DNA of 64,000 nucleotides from Calditrichota bacterium (GCA_018644935.1 JABGPL010000004.1:13741-77740); one strand, 5' to 3'; numbered from the stretch's first letter, positions 1 through 10,631 are shown. Numbers and translations are program-made. Notes: generated by a model from the sequence alone, not told the origin.

Positions 1-1
1 C

Positions 2-331
2 ATCCTCGAAGAACAGGGCTATGACTACTTCTGGCGTCCCACATGGGGTGATGATACCCCTCCGTTCTATGCCTGGTTTATCAAACGTGATGAGGATGGA
101 AACCGGACACATCACATCCACATGGTTGAAGCAGATTTTGAACATTGGGACAGGCTTCTGTTTCGAGATTACCTGATTGAGCATCCGGACGTTGCCCGAG
201 AATATGGCGAGCTTAAAGAGAAACTATTGAAAATTCACGGGCTTGATCGCGAGGCATACACAGTTGCGAAGACGGAATTTATTGTAAGTGTTACTGATAA
301 GGCGAAACGGTACTATAAAAATTGTGATTGA
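2..331 (+). CDS. GrpB family protein, C-terminal part (5' end lies outside the window)
   Basis: The frame of listed ORF 122..331 stays open back to nt 2 (ILEEQGYDYFWRPTWGDD...RTHHIHMVEADFEHWDRLLFRDYLIEHPDVAREYGELKEKL). The HxH followed by FRDYL..hP..a.eY..lK pattern is typical of GrpB/UPF0157. Confidence 0.6.
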   Translation: MLEEQGYDYFWRPTWGDDTPPFYAWFIKRDEDGNRTHHIHMVEADFEHWDRLLFRDYLIEHPDVAREYGELKEKLLKIHGLDREAYTVAKTEFIVSVTDKAKRYYKNCD

Positions 332-550
332 TAAAGAACATAACGAACTGCCAAAAGTTCCCTCTAAGTAACTATTCTCGTATTTGTTTGAAATACATAA
401 TAAGAGGGAATTGTTGGAATCTATAGAGTTTAGAATTACATTTGAAGAATCATATTCACATTTCGGGTATGCAAACTGTATGTTGATTTGACCTTCATAA
501 TTCGGCAACTTTGAATTTACAAATTTAGAAAATAGAACGAGAGTAAAAAA

Positions 551-1984
551 ATGAAACCTGATAATGCTTTCTCGATCTTAATACTGCTTTTCACTGCCTT
601 TTTCTTGTTGTCCTGTGGAGATAATCTCCCGGTTGGAAATTATGGGGAAGGGAGGATGTGGGATGCACCTTCAAATCCGACTCCTGCTGAAGGTGCAATT
701 GGCAGATTAAACAACACCAAACTTGAATGGCACTGCACTAACCCCGATGGAGATTCTTTAAGATATTCCGTATATCTCGGGACTTCAAATCGAAAAAATA
801 GTCTTAAATTTATTGAACGGGTGAGTGTGAACTCATTTATGCTTGATTCACTTTCTTACAGTCGAACTTACTACTGGAAAATCATTGTCAGCGATGACCA
901 TCGTCGATCAGTCACAGGACCGGTATGGAGTTTCAGGACGGCACACGAGGACAATCATCCACCAGATGATATAACTAATTTCAAGCCAATTGATGGTGCA
1001 ATTAATCAGCCGATTGATAGAAATTTGTATTGGTCATGCGAAGATCCTGATGAAAATGAGTTAACATTTGATATTTATTTGGGAGAACCAGATGATACAT
1101 TACCTTTTGCTGAGGATCAACATTGCAGGCTGAATGGAGAAATGTATTGTTTTGATCCAGGGCCTCTGACCGGCAACACGCAATATTACTGGAAGGTAAT
1201 TGCCAGGGATGGAGCAGGGGGTGTCACAGAAGGACTGGAGTGGGAATTCAGTGTAATCGACGCTATATCAATTGAGCGTGAGTTTGAATTGGCGGATCGG
1301 GTCAATATTGAAATGGTCTGGATACCTGCTGGTTTCTATAAGATGGGTAGCACAAGTGCAAATGAACCGGGGGCTAAAGCCGATGAAATCCCAAGTCATA
1401 ATGTAATTATTGAAAATGGTTTCTGGATGGGAAAGTATGAAGTGACTCAATCACAGTGGGAGGATGTGATGGGGAGTAATCCATCTTATGGGAACATCCT
1501 AAAGCCAGATCATCCCGTTAATCAGATATCATACAACGACATTCCCGCTTTCTTAGAGTCAGTCAATGATGGTTTCCGACTGCCTTCAGAGGCTGAATGG
1601 GAATATGCCTGTCGTGCAGGAACGAATACCCGTTTTTACTGGGGAGATGATCCATTTTTTGATGAAAATACTACATATGCATGGTACGCTGGAAACAGTG
1701 GTGATCATATAAATGCGGTGGGGCAGAAACTACCAAATGCGCACGGATTATTTGACATGATCGGCAACGTAGCGGAGTGGTGTGAAGATGATTACCACGA
1801 TAACTATCAGGGAGCTCCGGAATATGGATTTCCCTGGATAGACGATCCCAGAACGGTATATCGTGTGCTGCGGGGAGGCTGGTGGAGCAGCGAAGCTGTG
1901 AATTGCCAAGCAGCTAATCGAGACAGGGCCTTTCCGAATAGAAGGGAATCCAACTATGGTTTGCGATTGGTGTTAGATCTATAA
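551..1984 (+). CDS. Secreted lipoprotein with two tandem Ig/FN3-like modules and a C-terminal formylglycine-generating-enzyme (SUMF1/FGE-sulfatase, C-type-lectin fold) domain
   Basis: Signal peptide with a lipobox (FFLLSCGD). The module is duplicated (LEWHCTNPDGDSLRYSVYLG...YYWKIIVSD and LYWSCEDPDENELTFDIYLG...YYWKVIARD). FGE-family motifs are present: GFRLPSEAEWEYACRAGTNTRFYWGDD and RVLRGGWWSS. Confidence 0.8.
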   Translation: MKPDNAFSILILLFTAFFLLSCGDNLPVGNYGEGRMWDAPSNPTPAEGAIGRLNNTKLEWHCTNPDGDSLRYSVYLGTSNRKNSLKFIERVSVNSFMLDSLSYSRTYYWKIIVSDDHRRSVTGPVWSFRTAHEDNHPPDDITNFKPIDGAINQPIDRNLYWSCEDPDENELTFDIYLGEPDDTLPFAEDQHCRLNGEMYCFDPGPLTGNTQYYWKVIARDGAGGVTEGLEWEFSVIDAISIEREFELADRVNIEMVWIPAGFYKMGSTSANEPGAKADEIPSHNVIIENGFWMGKYEVTQSQWEDVMGSNPSYGNILKPDHPVNQISYNDIPAFLESVNDGFRLPSEAEWEYACRAGTNTRFYWGDDPFFDENTTYAWYAGNSGDHINAVGQKLPNAHGLFDMIGNVAEWCEDDYHDNYQGAPEYGFPWIDDPRTVYRVLRGGWWSSEAVNCQAANRDRAFPNRRESNYGLRLVLDL

Positions 1985-2030
1985 CTTTGTCCTTCAAGCC
2001 TCCTGATTTAACAGTGCTAAGAGTTATTCT

Positions 2031-2067
2031 GTAAAGAAACATGGGCAACAAGTAGCCCATGCCACAC
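2031..2067 (-). repeat. REP element copy a (minus orientation), stem variant CATGGGC/GCCCATG
   Basis: The reverse complement reads GTGTGGCATGGGCTACTTGTTGCCCATGTTTCTTTAC. It matches the family consensus seen at 22868, 23583 and 27901. It is intergenic. Confidence 0.85.
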
Positions 2068-2160
2068 AAAACGCATGTCTTTCAAGAAACCCAGTAATCT
2101 GTGAAGTTCGGAATCTTCTTGCAAATTGTAAAAGACTTTCAAACCCAACTTATAAACACA

Positions 2161-2196
2161 GAAAACCCGTTCAAATGAACGGGTTTTCTGTGTTTT
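2161..2196. terminator. Bidirectional intrinsic terminator between convergent genes
   Basis: GAAAACCCGTTCaaatGAACGGGTTTTC is a perfect 12-bp stem, followed by TGTGTTTT on the plus strand and a T-rich run on the minus strand. Confidence 0.8.
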
Positions 2197-2212
2197 GAAA
2201 TTATGTAAAATA

Positions 2213-5200
2213 CTACTTGACCAGCATAACCTTACGCACCTGCTGGAAGCTGCCGGATGTCATCTTTATCCAGTAGATTCCGGAAGGTTTGGACCGGGCG
2301 TTCCAGGCTGTGGTGTGTTGTCCGGCTTTTACTGCACCACTGGTCAGAACATCCAGCTGACGACCTGACAAATCGAATACACTGATATTAACATCGGATG
2401 CTTCAGGCATTCCGAACGATAACCTGATTGTCGAATTGAACGGATTTGGGTAACCTTCAGACATATAGTAATTGTCAGGTATTACACCGTTTGATGTGAC
2501 TGAAAGTGCTACTAAACCGTCCGTTTCGTATGCCAAAATGGTGCTGCTCTGGAACGATACCGGACTGAGTTGGATGTTGATCCCGCCCTCTTGTTCGATA
2601 TAAAGCTCGAATGTTTCGCCCGGAACCAAACCATCAACTGTCTCGGTGATTTCATCGTCACCCCAGATTGCAAGTCCACACATGCCATTCTGTGCGGTTC
2701 CGCGTCCAACAATTGCGCCGTCCGAATCCAATGCGATGACAACGTCACCGAATGATACTCGAACACCCTCAAATGATGTCACAAGCAGACTCATATTCTC
2801 ACCGGTACGTTCAGGTGCAAGTACATTGCTCATGTTACCAGAGACAGCCACTCGTTCGTCTTCCTGCTCTGGAGGATAGTTGAGAATCAGATCAGCAGCA
2901 TTGACCTTTACCATGTATCCTTGTCCTGCTGTCCAGGGGAGCATATTTGAGAAATCGAAATCACCCCTCAGCATAAACCTACCTGCAAAATCTTTTGCAA
3001 TTTCAAGGTTATCTCTAATCGACTGAAGGACATAGAAATCCGGGCTGGAAGCGTCGAGCTCATAGTCCGGGAGATATGCAACTATGTTCCAGCCATTGCG
3101 TAATGGGATGTCCGAATCGGGGGGAATTGGCTCACCAACAAATTGCATCTCAACAGCTTCGTCAACAGATATTTGATAACCCTCGGTTAATGACCAATAC
3201 GGAATGTTATTAAATCCGAACGCAGGATTATAGAATCGACCGAACTGATCTTTCATGATTTGGACATGATGATTGTCATCATCGATTCGAAGCTGTTCAG
3301 TCATCCGGATGATATCCGGACCCGCGTCGTCTTCGTTTTCGTACATTTCAAGAGGTGGAACAACGTTTATCGAGATCATGTTCCAGCCATCAAGTAGTTC
3401 TAAATCTACAGGTCGACCTTCATTGCCACCACCATCATCGATAATGTTGAAATTAATCGGAACGACCTGATGACCGACTGCGGCATTGTGGAAGAAGTGA
3501 AGCTCACCCTCAGCGAGCACTTCCGGCATTGAACTCGCATTCAGATGCAATACGAAGTCTTCCGATTCTCCTGTTTCAAGGATTCCTTCAACTGGTTCTA
3601 CAATTGCCCAGTCTCGACGGGCATCAATCTGCCATATGTCAACCCTGTCAGTTGCTCCGTCATTGCTAACGGCCATCCACACCCAGCTGAACACGTCGAA
3701 CGTATTCGTAATAAAGGCCCCGATTGGTGTTCCTCCATCTTCATGTTCAAGGGTAGTAACAAATACGGTTTCACCGGTTTCAGTATTCGCTTTGGAGATA
3801 ATCTGGTCGCCAATTTCATTGTCCTTGTGGAAAATGTAAAGGTTGTGTCCGTCGGGATCAAAGGGCCAATATGCCAGACCATATACTCGTAAACCATTGC
3901 GATCCAAGCTGGTTACCTGCTCTCCTTCACGAGTCACCGCGACCATATCCGAAGTCGTGCTGGACACCCAGAGAACCTCCATATCAGGGTCCCATGCCAC
4001 GTTATTGTTTGGGTTGAAAGGACCTTCAAATTCAACAATAAGCTCGCCTTCGAGTGTGAATCCATAAACAATTTCCCCAGCAGTTCCCCAGATTAACTCG
4101 CCATCATAGGCTAGGTCTTTAAACCCATAGCTTCCACCCAGATCACCCGGCTGGTTATACTGATGTTCCAGTTCTCCGTCGAGGTTGATGACATAAATTT
4201 GCGGATCACGACCATTAGAACCTGACATATAATATAGTCCATCAACGAATACTGCGCCCTGAATCTTAGAGTCTCCTGAAATTTCACTCGCAGGTACAGA
4301 ATTGCGCAATTCCCAAGGTTCAGCATTTGCATCTCCGGGGTTTCGAACTTCATTATGCCACGCTAATTGCCCATTGCCATTGTTAGCCAGCGTGAAATCC
4401 AGGTCAATCCGCTCACCTATAAGTGCTTCAGCAGCCAATTCATCAAGCGACAATTCAAACTCGGGGTGCAGCAATGCGAAGTTGATTTCAATTTCTCCCT
4501 CTTCTTCCAGGAAGAAATCGATCCGGGTTGAATCATTATAGCCCTGAGCAGTTGCAGTCATCGTGAAGTCAATGTCAGTTGGGGCATTATGGATCTCATA
4601 GAAACCATTTTCGTCGGTGATAGCTACAAATCCATGCAGGGTGTAAACCGTTGCACCTTCAATCGGTTCTTCAGTCTCAACGTCAATTACCGTTCCTGAA
4701 ATTTCTCCGTCAGTCGCAAGGATGGAAGACGTAAATTTGATAGCACGACCTTCCTCAAGTGGAGCTGCACCATCAGAAAGCTCATTCCAGTATGTGTATG
4801 TCAGTCCATCTCCCTGATCCGGGCTGCAAATTCCAACAGACGCATAGGGAGTGTCCCATGTCTGAAAACACGAACGATCATCAGTAACATCAAGATACTG
4901 GAAAACAATATCACCATCACCGTTGATGTTTATATAAAACTCTGGATCATAGAGTAAAACCTGGAAAGTCTCTGAGGCTTCATTGTTTCCACGGGGACCA
5001 AGTCTGCGCATTTGTGACCATTCGACGATAAAGATATTCTGCTCTTCGTCGTAAAAGGTATAAATACCACCATCATTTGTGGTCAGAAGATCATCCCAGA
5101 ATGGTCCGATCATACCGGGCGCGCACATCCCTGCCGGGAACTGACGGTTACGACCAGTAATAAGCTCGGAGCAATCACCCATGGCCAACCATCCGTTTGT

Positions 5201-8200
5201 ACAGATGGTGATCTCGTTGAAGTCTTGTCCATAATACTGGAAGGTAAAAGGCAGGTCGACTAAAGTGCTTTCATCGCCCTCTTCTCTTGTATCACTTAGT
5301 TCGGTATCGGTACCCTCGCCTCTGCGATGAGGGTCAATTTCGATCCATTCGTAAACCGGAGCCGAGAACCAGTTTTCATCAGTGTTGTCAAGGCAGATGT
5401 AACCGTAGTTATCAGGACCGAAAGGCTGTCCGTCACCTGCTTCAGCGACTGTGTATGAGAAGAATGCAGTATCAACAAATCCTGCCTCAGAAGTCAGAAC
5501 AAGTGCCAGGTCTGCATCAGAACCACCAAGATGGAAAAGATTCGCAGCCAGACGGAAAGGTTCAAGAGACGCGCCTTCTTCTTCGGCGGGAATATTCTCG
5601 TAATCACCTTCAGCAATAGGCACATCAATGGTTTGTGTCAAGCTTACTAAAGTTGCACTTAAATCACCCGTTTCTTTTGATCCGATATTCCGAATAGTAA
5701 TTGTTAAATCAGCAAGTTCGGCTGGTCTTATCGGTTCATCTTCCCATGCAAGAGAGACGAATTCCAACTCAGGGCCATCAAGAGGTAAACTGACGGAACT
5801 TATCCAGCTTGTTTCACCTACTGTGCATTCCAAATTGAAGATTGCAAGTTGCTCATCAGGGAACCCACCGCCAATATCAACGACGAATAAAACATCTGCT
5901 GATTCACCTGCAGCAGGAGCGGCTTCAAGCTCTACTTCACCGGCTACCACTTCGAGATTTGGAAGACCAGGAGTTAGGGTAATGTTAACAGCACCTTCGG
6001 GTACTTCTTCACCATAATTTATAATTTCGACAGTTAACTCGATTCTCTCAGTTGGATTAGCGATTTCGTCGCCATCACCATTACTCTCACCTTCACCGTC
6101 ATCGTCAACAATAAATTCACCGGCACCAAGGAAGACAGGAGCCTGTGTCACTTCCAATTCAGCCTGATATGGCATTAGATTGTGACCGGTAACTGTTAGC
6201 ATATAATCACCGTCTATTTCCTGAGGATTCAGGTCAAAAGAAACTCTTCCCTCGTCGTCAGTGTATTTGACAATTTGAAGCTCTTCAGGTTGGTAAAAGC
6301 AGACTCTTGCGTTGGCAAGTGGTTCATCCTCATCGTCAAGTACGGTCACCTCATAATGGGATTCACCGCTACGCAGATCTTCTGGATGCTCCACTGAAAT
6401 CAGCATTGGGACGTCTGTATACAGATCAGTTGCGGGGTCACCAATCAGGTTGAAAATATAAAATTCCGTGAGCCAGGCTTCTACACCACGATTTTCTTCA
6501 TGGTCGATGTCACCTCTGTCAAAATAGTGATTATACAGCTCAACCTTGCCGGCTTCTGTAGCCCAACCCTGGTATGGATTATTTGCGCCAAATACCGCTC
6601 GAAAAACTGCGGCTGAAAAGAGATTATTATAAGCCGTATGGGTTGCACCACCAGCACCGATACAACCTATCCCACCGCCACCAGGAGCAAAAAGAAATCT
6701 CTCTGAATAGTAAAATGGGCTGGAAATATGCTCTGAGTAATCGCCGGTGTTACAGGTCGGAAGAATAACAAAAGGCAACATTCTATCATTTCTAAGATTC
6801 ATAACCGCATCAAACCGGAATCCGTTCATAAACGTCCACCCACGGTAAAGGAAGAATGAAATTCCGGTATTAAATACCTGTGGAATCCATCCTGCGCCAT
6901 CCGGGCGAGGATTGCCCGGGCCCCAGTATCTTTCAAAGATCTCTTCGTAATCATTACGAATCAGCAATTCTTTTGACCATTTACATACATCAATGGACGA
7001 AAGACCACTTCGGTCATCACCTGCAAAAAATGCTGCACGTTTTTGCCAGCCCTGTTGATTGCCCTCACCAATGAAAGGATCGCTCTCATATGAAACAATC
7101 TTTTCTACAATATCATTTAGCCGAGCTTCACCGTTGGCAATACCGTCGAAGCAAAACCTTCCAATAGCAGCATCGGGCAAAATATCATCACCATCAAGTT
7201 CGATATAGTCATGGTCACTTTCATATGGATAAGCGTTTTGTCCCCGGTGATCAAAGAATGGCATTGGGTACCCACGGTCAGTATCACCACAAATGATTAC
7301 CATCTCGGGAGGAGATTCTGCTTCATCATACACTTGCTGAATTGCAGCCTTAACCTGCTGGTTGCTTGAGTTATTGGCTACTCGAAGAACACCAACTGTC
7401 CAGCCCATTTGGCGACGCCATTCGATTAACGGCTGCAGAGCATTTTCGACGTCATCCCACTGCTTCATCACATAAAGAATCGAACCGTTTCTCACTCCCA
7501 TGTCTCGCGGTGGTTCTGGTGGGTTAACAACAAGATCAGCAACGATGTTGTAAACGGAATGAGATGCAAGCTTTTTTTGGCGAGTCAGATCAATTGTATT
7601 AACACGGTTCGCGTCCGTTGAAAAATCGAGTTCGATTTCAATCTCGTCCACAACTTCTAATTGACGTGTCTGCCTGTTCCAGCGCATTGGGTGAATATCA
7701 ACAGAAACCATTCTATATCCGCGCATAATCGCGGGTCTACCGATAGTTGCTACTTCAGGAGGCCAAAAACCCTCATAATTTGCAGCTGCATCAGAAATAA
7801 CCAGATTCTCGGGATTCCTGTCAAAGTTGACTGCGTAATTCTCAACACTTTCTATTGGGACTTGACGTGGATAGACATTAACATTTTCTTCGATGTGAGT
7901 TGAAAGGTGCCTAATCCTTAATTCAACGCCGGATTGAGCCGGTATGAGAACCATTCGATTTATGGTAGGTAATTCAGGCCAACCTTCAGGACCTATTGAA
8001 GATTCGTCTTCGATTTCAAACCTTTGGAACCGCTCATCCTGAGCTACGACTTCCTGACCCCGCAATTCGTCTAACTGAAATCCAAGTGCGACTTCAGTCG
8101 GGGTTGATGATTTGAGTTCAAGCCTGATCGTAGATACAGCGTTGTCGTCAGTAGACAGGGCGGCATCGGAAACAATCGGTGTAAGAACGAAAATTAAACT

Positions 8201-8242
8201 TAACAGTGTAGCTAAGCGAGTACATAAGAACAACTGACGCAT
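2213..8242 (-). CDS. Giant secreted gingipain/peptidase C25-like protein with a T9SS C-terminal sorting domain
   Basis: The ORF track gives 2213..8254, but GGAGGA precedes the ATG at 8242. It has an N-terminal signal peptide, a C25-like core with the Cys box LPFVILPTCNTGDY, and CarboxypepD_reg-like, Ig-like and propeller-like modules. The C-terminus YPNPFNSTIRLSF...SGIYWIKM...KVMLVK is a type-A T9SS CTD. Confidence 0.8.
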   Translation of the reverse strand: MRQLFLCTRLATLLSLIFVLTPIVSDAALSTDDNAVSTIRLELKSSTPTEVALGFQLDELRGQEVVAQDERFQRFEIEDESSIGPEGWPELPTINRMVLIPAQSGVELRIRHLSTHIEENVNVYPRQVPIESVENYAVNFDRNPENLVISDAAANYEGFWPPEVATIGRPAIMRGYRMVSVDIHPMRWNRQTRQLEVVDEIEIELDFSTDANRVNTIDLTRQKKLASHSVYNIVADLVVNPPEPPRDMGVRNGSILYVMKQWDDVENALQPLIEWRRQMGWTVGVLRVANNSSNQQVKAAIQQVYDEAESPPEMVIICGDTDRGYPMPFFDHRGQNAYPYESDHDYIELDGDDILPDAAIGRFCFDGIANGEARLNDIVEKIVSYESDPFIGEGNQQGWQKRAAFFAGDDRSGLSSIDVCKWSKELLIRNDYEEIFERYWGPGNPRPDGAGWIPQVFNTGISFFLYRGWTFMNGFRFDAVMNLRNDRMLPFVILPTCNTGDYSEHISSPFYYSERFLFAPGGGGIGCIGAGGATHTAYNNLFSAAVFRAVFGANNPYQGWATEAGKVELYNHYFDRGDIDHEENRGVEAWLTEFYIFNLIGDPATDLYTDVPMLISVEHPEDLRSGESHYEVTVLDDEDEPLANARVCFYQPEELQIVKYTDDEGRVSFDLNPQEIDGDYMLTVTGHNLMPYQAELEVTQAPVFLGAGEFIVDDDGEGESNGDGDEIANPTERIELTVEIINYGEEVPEGAVNITLTPGLPNLEVVAGEVELEAAPAAGESADVLFVVDIGGGFPDEQLAIFNLECTVGETSWISSVSLPLDGPELEFVSLAWEDEPIRPAELADLTITIRNIGSKETGDLSATLVSLTQTIDVPIAEGDYENIPAEEEGASLEPFRLAANLFHLGGSDADLALVLTSEAGFVDTAFFSYTVAEAGDGQPFGPDNYGYICLDNTDENWFSAPVYEWIEIDPHRRGEGTDTELSDTREEGDESTLVDLPFTFQYYGQDFNEITICTNGWLAMGDCSELITGRNRQFPAGMCAPGMIGPFWDDLLTTNDGGIYTFYDEEQNIFIVEWSQMRRLGPRGNNEASETFQVLLYDPEFYININGDGDIVFQYLDVTDDRSCFQTWDTPYASVGICSPDQGDGLTYTYWNELSDGAAPLEEGRAIKFTSSILATDGEISGTVIDVETEEPIEGATVYTLHGFVAITDENGFYEIHNAPTDIDFTMTATAQGYNDSTRIDFFLEEEGEIEINFALLHPEFELSLDELAAEALIGERIDLDFTLANNGNGQLAWHNEVRNPGDANAEPWELRNSVPASEISGDSKIQGAVFVDGLYYMSGSNGRDPQIYVINLDGELEHQYNQPGDLGGSYGFKDLAYDGELIWGTAGEIVYGFTLEGELIVEFEGPFNPNNNVAWDPDMEVLWVSSTTSDMVAVTREGEQVTSLDRNGLRVYGLAYWPFDPDGHNLYIFHKDNEIGDQIISKANTETGETVFVTTLEHEDGGTPIGAFITNTFDVFSWVWMAVSNDGATDRVDIWQIDARRDWAIVEPVEGILETGESEDFVLHLNASSMPEVLAEGELHFFHNAAVGHQVVPINFNIIDDGGGNEGRPVDLELLDGWNMISINVVPPLEMYENEDDAGPDIIRMTEQLRIDDDNHHVQIMKDQFGRFYNPAFGFNNIPYWSLTEGYQISVDEAVEMQFVGEPIPPDSDIPLRNGWNIVAYLPDYELDASSPDFYVLQSIRDNLEIAKDFAGRFMLRGDFDFSNMLPWTAGQGYMVKVNAADLILNYPPEQEDERVAVSGNMSNVLAPERTGENMSLLVTSFEGVRVSFGDVVIALDSDGAIVGRGTAQNGMCGLAIWGDDEITETVDGLVPGETFELYIEQEGGINIQLSPVSFQSSTILAYETDGLVALSVTSNGVIPDNYYMSEGYPNPFNSTIRLSFGMPEASDVNISVFDLSGRQLDVLTSGAVKAGQHTTAWNARSKPSGIYWIKMTSGSFQQVRKVMLVK

Positions 8243-8592
8243 TTTTTCCTCCACAGAGCTGTGGTTTCCGGTTGATTAATTCAAACTTTGTTTGCTGGCG
8301 TTTATCGTAGAATGGGTATCATTTCAAGCCATTAAGCTCAGATGACATTCGAGATCAGCAGGATGGAAATCAGCCCATTGACCCTGCACTTCATCGGAAA
8401 AAGCCAAAAACTTCTAACCAATAAATATAATAAGGAAAAGAATCAAAATCAAAGGTGTTTTCATCAGTTCCCTAATTTTTCACTGGCGAAGTTAAATCAA
8501 AGTTAGAGGTGCAATGCACCTGACAGGTAAAATTTAGCAAATTTTTCTGTTTGGGTAAGTGTTTGTGCCCACATAAACAGAGTTTTCAGTCC

Positions 8593-9354
8593 TTATAAAG
8601 TGATATCGTACAGTCGGTGGAAGTTGTTGGCAATAATAACCTTCAGTTCTTCAATTTGTATGTCCTTCAAACGAGCGACCTCTTCCAGGGCTGTTATCAG
8701 ATTCGCTGGTTCGTTTCTAACGGTTGGTTCTGGGCAAAGAACAGGGCTGTCAGTTTCCAGTAACAGGCATTCCAAAGGAAGTCTTTTTACTAATTTTTGT
8801 TTTTGCCTTGATCGCATCACTGAAGCAGGGATTGAGAAGAAAAAACCGGCTTCAATACCCGGTAGCGCTGTCGATGCTTTGCCGTCGAAAGCATGCATCT
8901 GAACCTTTTTCGCTCCAAGCTCGATTAGTTTAGCGATTGCATGCCTGCCAGCGGAACGGGCATGGACGTTGAGTGGTTTATTTAGCTCGATAGATAATTT
9001 GATGAAAGATTCAAAGATTTTGTGTTGAATATCTCGTTCTTCCGGCTCCTTAATTTTCCAATAATCAAGCCCAACCTCCCCGATAGCAACGATTTTATCC
9101 GCGTTATTTCTGATCAGATCAACCATAGCTTCAGCTTTATCGAAGTCAAGATATGTTGGGTAGAGACCTGCTGCCGGAAGAATAGCATCGTACATTTCAG
9201 CCAACCGGAGATTCTTCAGCGCATCATCCAAAGTCTCGCTGACCGCGACGATACGCCCAACTCCGACAGATTTTGCTCGATCTAAAACGTCTGCAAGATC
9301 CGCGTCAAAGTCAGAATCCGCCAGATGTGCGTGTGTGTCTACCAGAGTTTGCAT
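8593..9354 (-). CDS. TatD-family metal-dependent hydrolase
   Basis: It has the N-terminal DTHAHL motif, is 253 aa long, and carries the GEVGLDY and ETDSP motifs typical of the TatD/YcfH family. Confidence 0.85.
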   Translation of the reverse strand: MQTLVDTHAHLADSDFDADLADVLDRAKSVGVGRIVAVSETLDDALKNLRLAEMYDAILPAAGLYPTYLDFDKAEAMVDLIRNNADKIVAIGEVGLDYWKIKEPEERDIQHKIFESFIKLSIELNKPLNVHARSAGRHAIAKLIELGAKKVQMHAFDGKASTALPGIEAGFFFSIPASVMRSRQKQKLVKRLPLECLLLETDSPVLCPEPTVRNEPANLITALEEVARLKDIQIEELKVIIANNFHRLYDITL

Positions 9355-9815
9355 TAAATGTAGCTCTTTTGTTTTGGTTTATTGTTTTGTGCCTGATGTG
9401 CTCCTCTAAAAGAAACACTCCCCGGGATGAATCACGAGCTATGTCACAATGGTTTATATTTGATACAAATCATTATATAAACCAAGCTGTCACATTATAC
9501 TAAATGACTGTAATGAAAGCAACCAACTTCATCACTCTCCGTTTGTTTCAAGCTTCAACAGATAAACACCAGATATTAGGTTTGAGGATCAATCATCCAC
9601 TGGCGCATGTCAATTATGTGAATGAAGAACTTCGATAATTTTGAATGCAACCAAGTTATGAAACGGCAGGCATACAGGTTCAGAGATATGGAGTTTTTCA
9701 ATCAAAAAATCATGGCTATTCAGGAAGCGAGGTACACTTTTGTTGGATGAACCTACATAGGACAAATTGCCACCATTGGTGAATCAATATGATATACAAC
9801 AAAACGACTCTATTC

Positions 9816-10307
9816 TCAGTAACTGAATTCGTTTTTTCCTACTTTTATCTTTTGAGTCTCTTTTTCGTTTCCTCTTGAGCGCCGTAATTCAATGAGATTC
9901 AGGACATTGTAACCTTGTTTGTGCAAGAGGTCAATTATGGCTTGGTTGTTAGGATGAATCCAGTTGTAGAGTGTAAAATTCCCGTTTTTTTGAGCAAGTT
10001 GTTCTGCTTGTTTAAATAGAGCAGAGCCTATTCCTTTGCGACGACATTTTGGTGAAACAAAAAGAGATTCAGCCCATACTACATCCTCAACAACACGGCA
10101 GACTACATATCCTACGACTTCTTCATTGTCATTTTCCGATACATAAATGGGGAAGTCATTACCTGTATAGTCGCACAATTCCTCATATGCCGCCTCTATA
10201 TTCACCTTGTGGGTCATGTTTCGTAAACCTGCCAGAGCAGAGCGGAATTCAGATATGAGCTGTATTAGGATTTGCTGGTCATCAGGATGGTATATTCGAA
10301 TTTTCAA
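9816..10307 (-). CDS. GNAT family N-acetyltransferase
   Basis: It has the acetyl-CoA motif RRKGIGSALFKQAEQLAQKNG and is 163 aa long. Confidence 0.8.
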   Translation of the reverse strand: MKIRIYHPDDQQILIQLISEFRSALAGLRNMTHKVNIEAAYEELCDYTGNDFPIYVSENDNEEVVGYVVCRVVEDVVWAESLFVSPKCRRKGIGSALFKQAEQLAQKNGNFTLYNWIHPNNQAIIDLLHKQGYNVLNLIELRRSRGNEKETQKIKVGKNEFSY

Positions 10308-10631
10308 TCAATGCTCCGTTAAAATGCTGTTGATATTAGGTTTTGTGTCGTGGATATTTGCTTCACTCATCCTCGCCTTTCTTTTCGGGGCGTAATCGCC
10401 AGCAGGTTATCATTTGTTTGCCAACATAAGACACCCAAGCCTGCCAAGAGCGTTCAACGATTATACGACTATTTAGCCTGCGTTAACACATGACGGATAA
10501 TCACCATGGTCTGGATTTCTGCCGGTTCTTCCCAGATGGGAAGCTCTGAAATTGAGCAAGGCCGCTCTTCCGAACTAGGGATCCGTTTATACGGTCAGAT
10601 TAACGGAATATACTTAGTAAATGACTTAGTA

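Noticed and set aside
551-2212. The FGE/C-type-lectin-fold C-terminus (RGGWWSSEAVNCQAANRDRAFPNRRESNYGLRLV) resembles the variable-region scaffold of diversity-generating retroelement (DGR) target proteins.
   Set aside because: No template repeat similar to the gene's 3' end is present downstream (1985-2212) or anywhere else that I could see. No reverse transcriptase gene is in the window.
2512-8000. Many 60-130-aa ORFs on both strands lie inside the 2213-8242 gene (for example 5628-6017 and 3545-3892). Similar nested ORFs lie inside other long genes.
   Set aside because: They lie fully within, or antisense to, a long ORF with clear domain content. They have Ser/Pro/Arg-rich shadow-frame composition.
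9355-9815. A 461-bp gap between the GNAT and TatD genes contains a 30-codon ORF (9658-9750) and a 9-bp inverted repeat (about 9451-9483).
   Set aside because: The ORF is short, has no RBS and no recognisable motif. The repeat is AT-rich and short. Nothing here can be supported.
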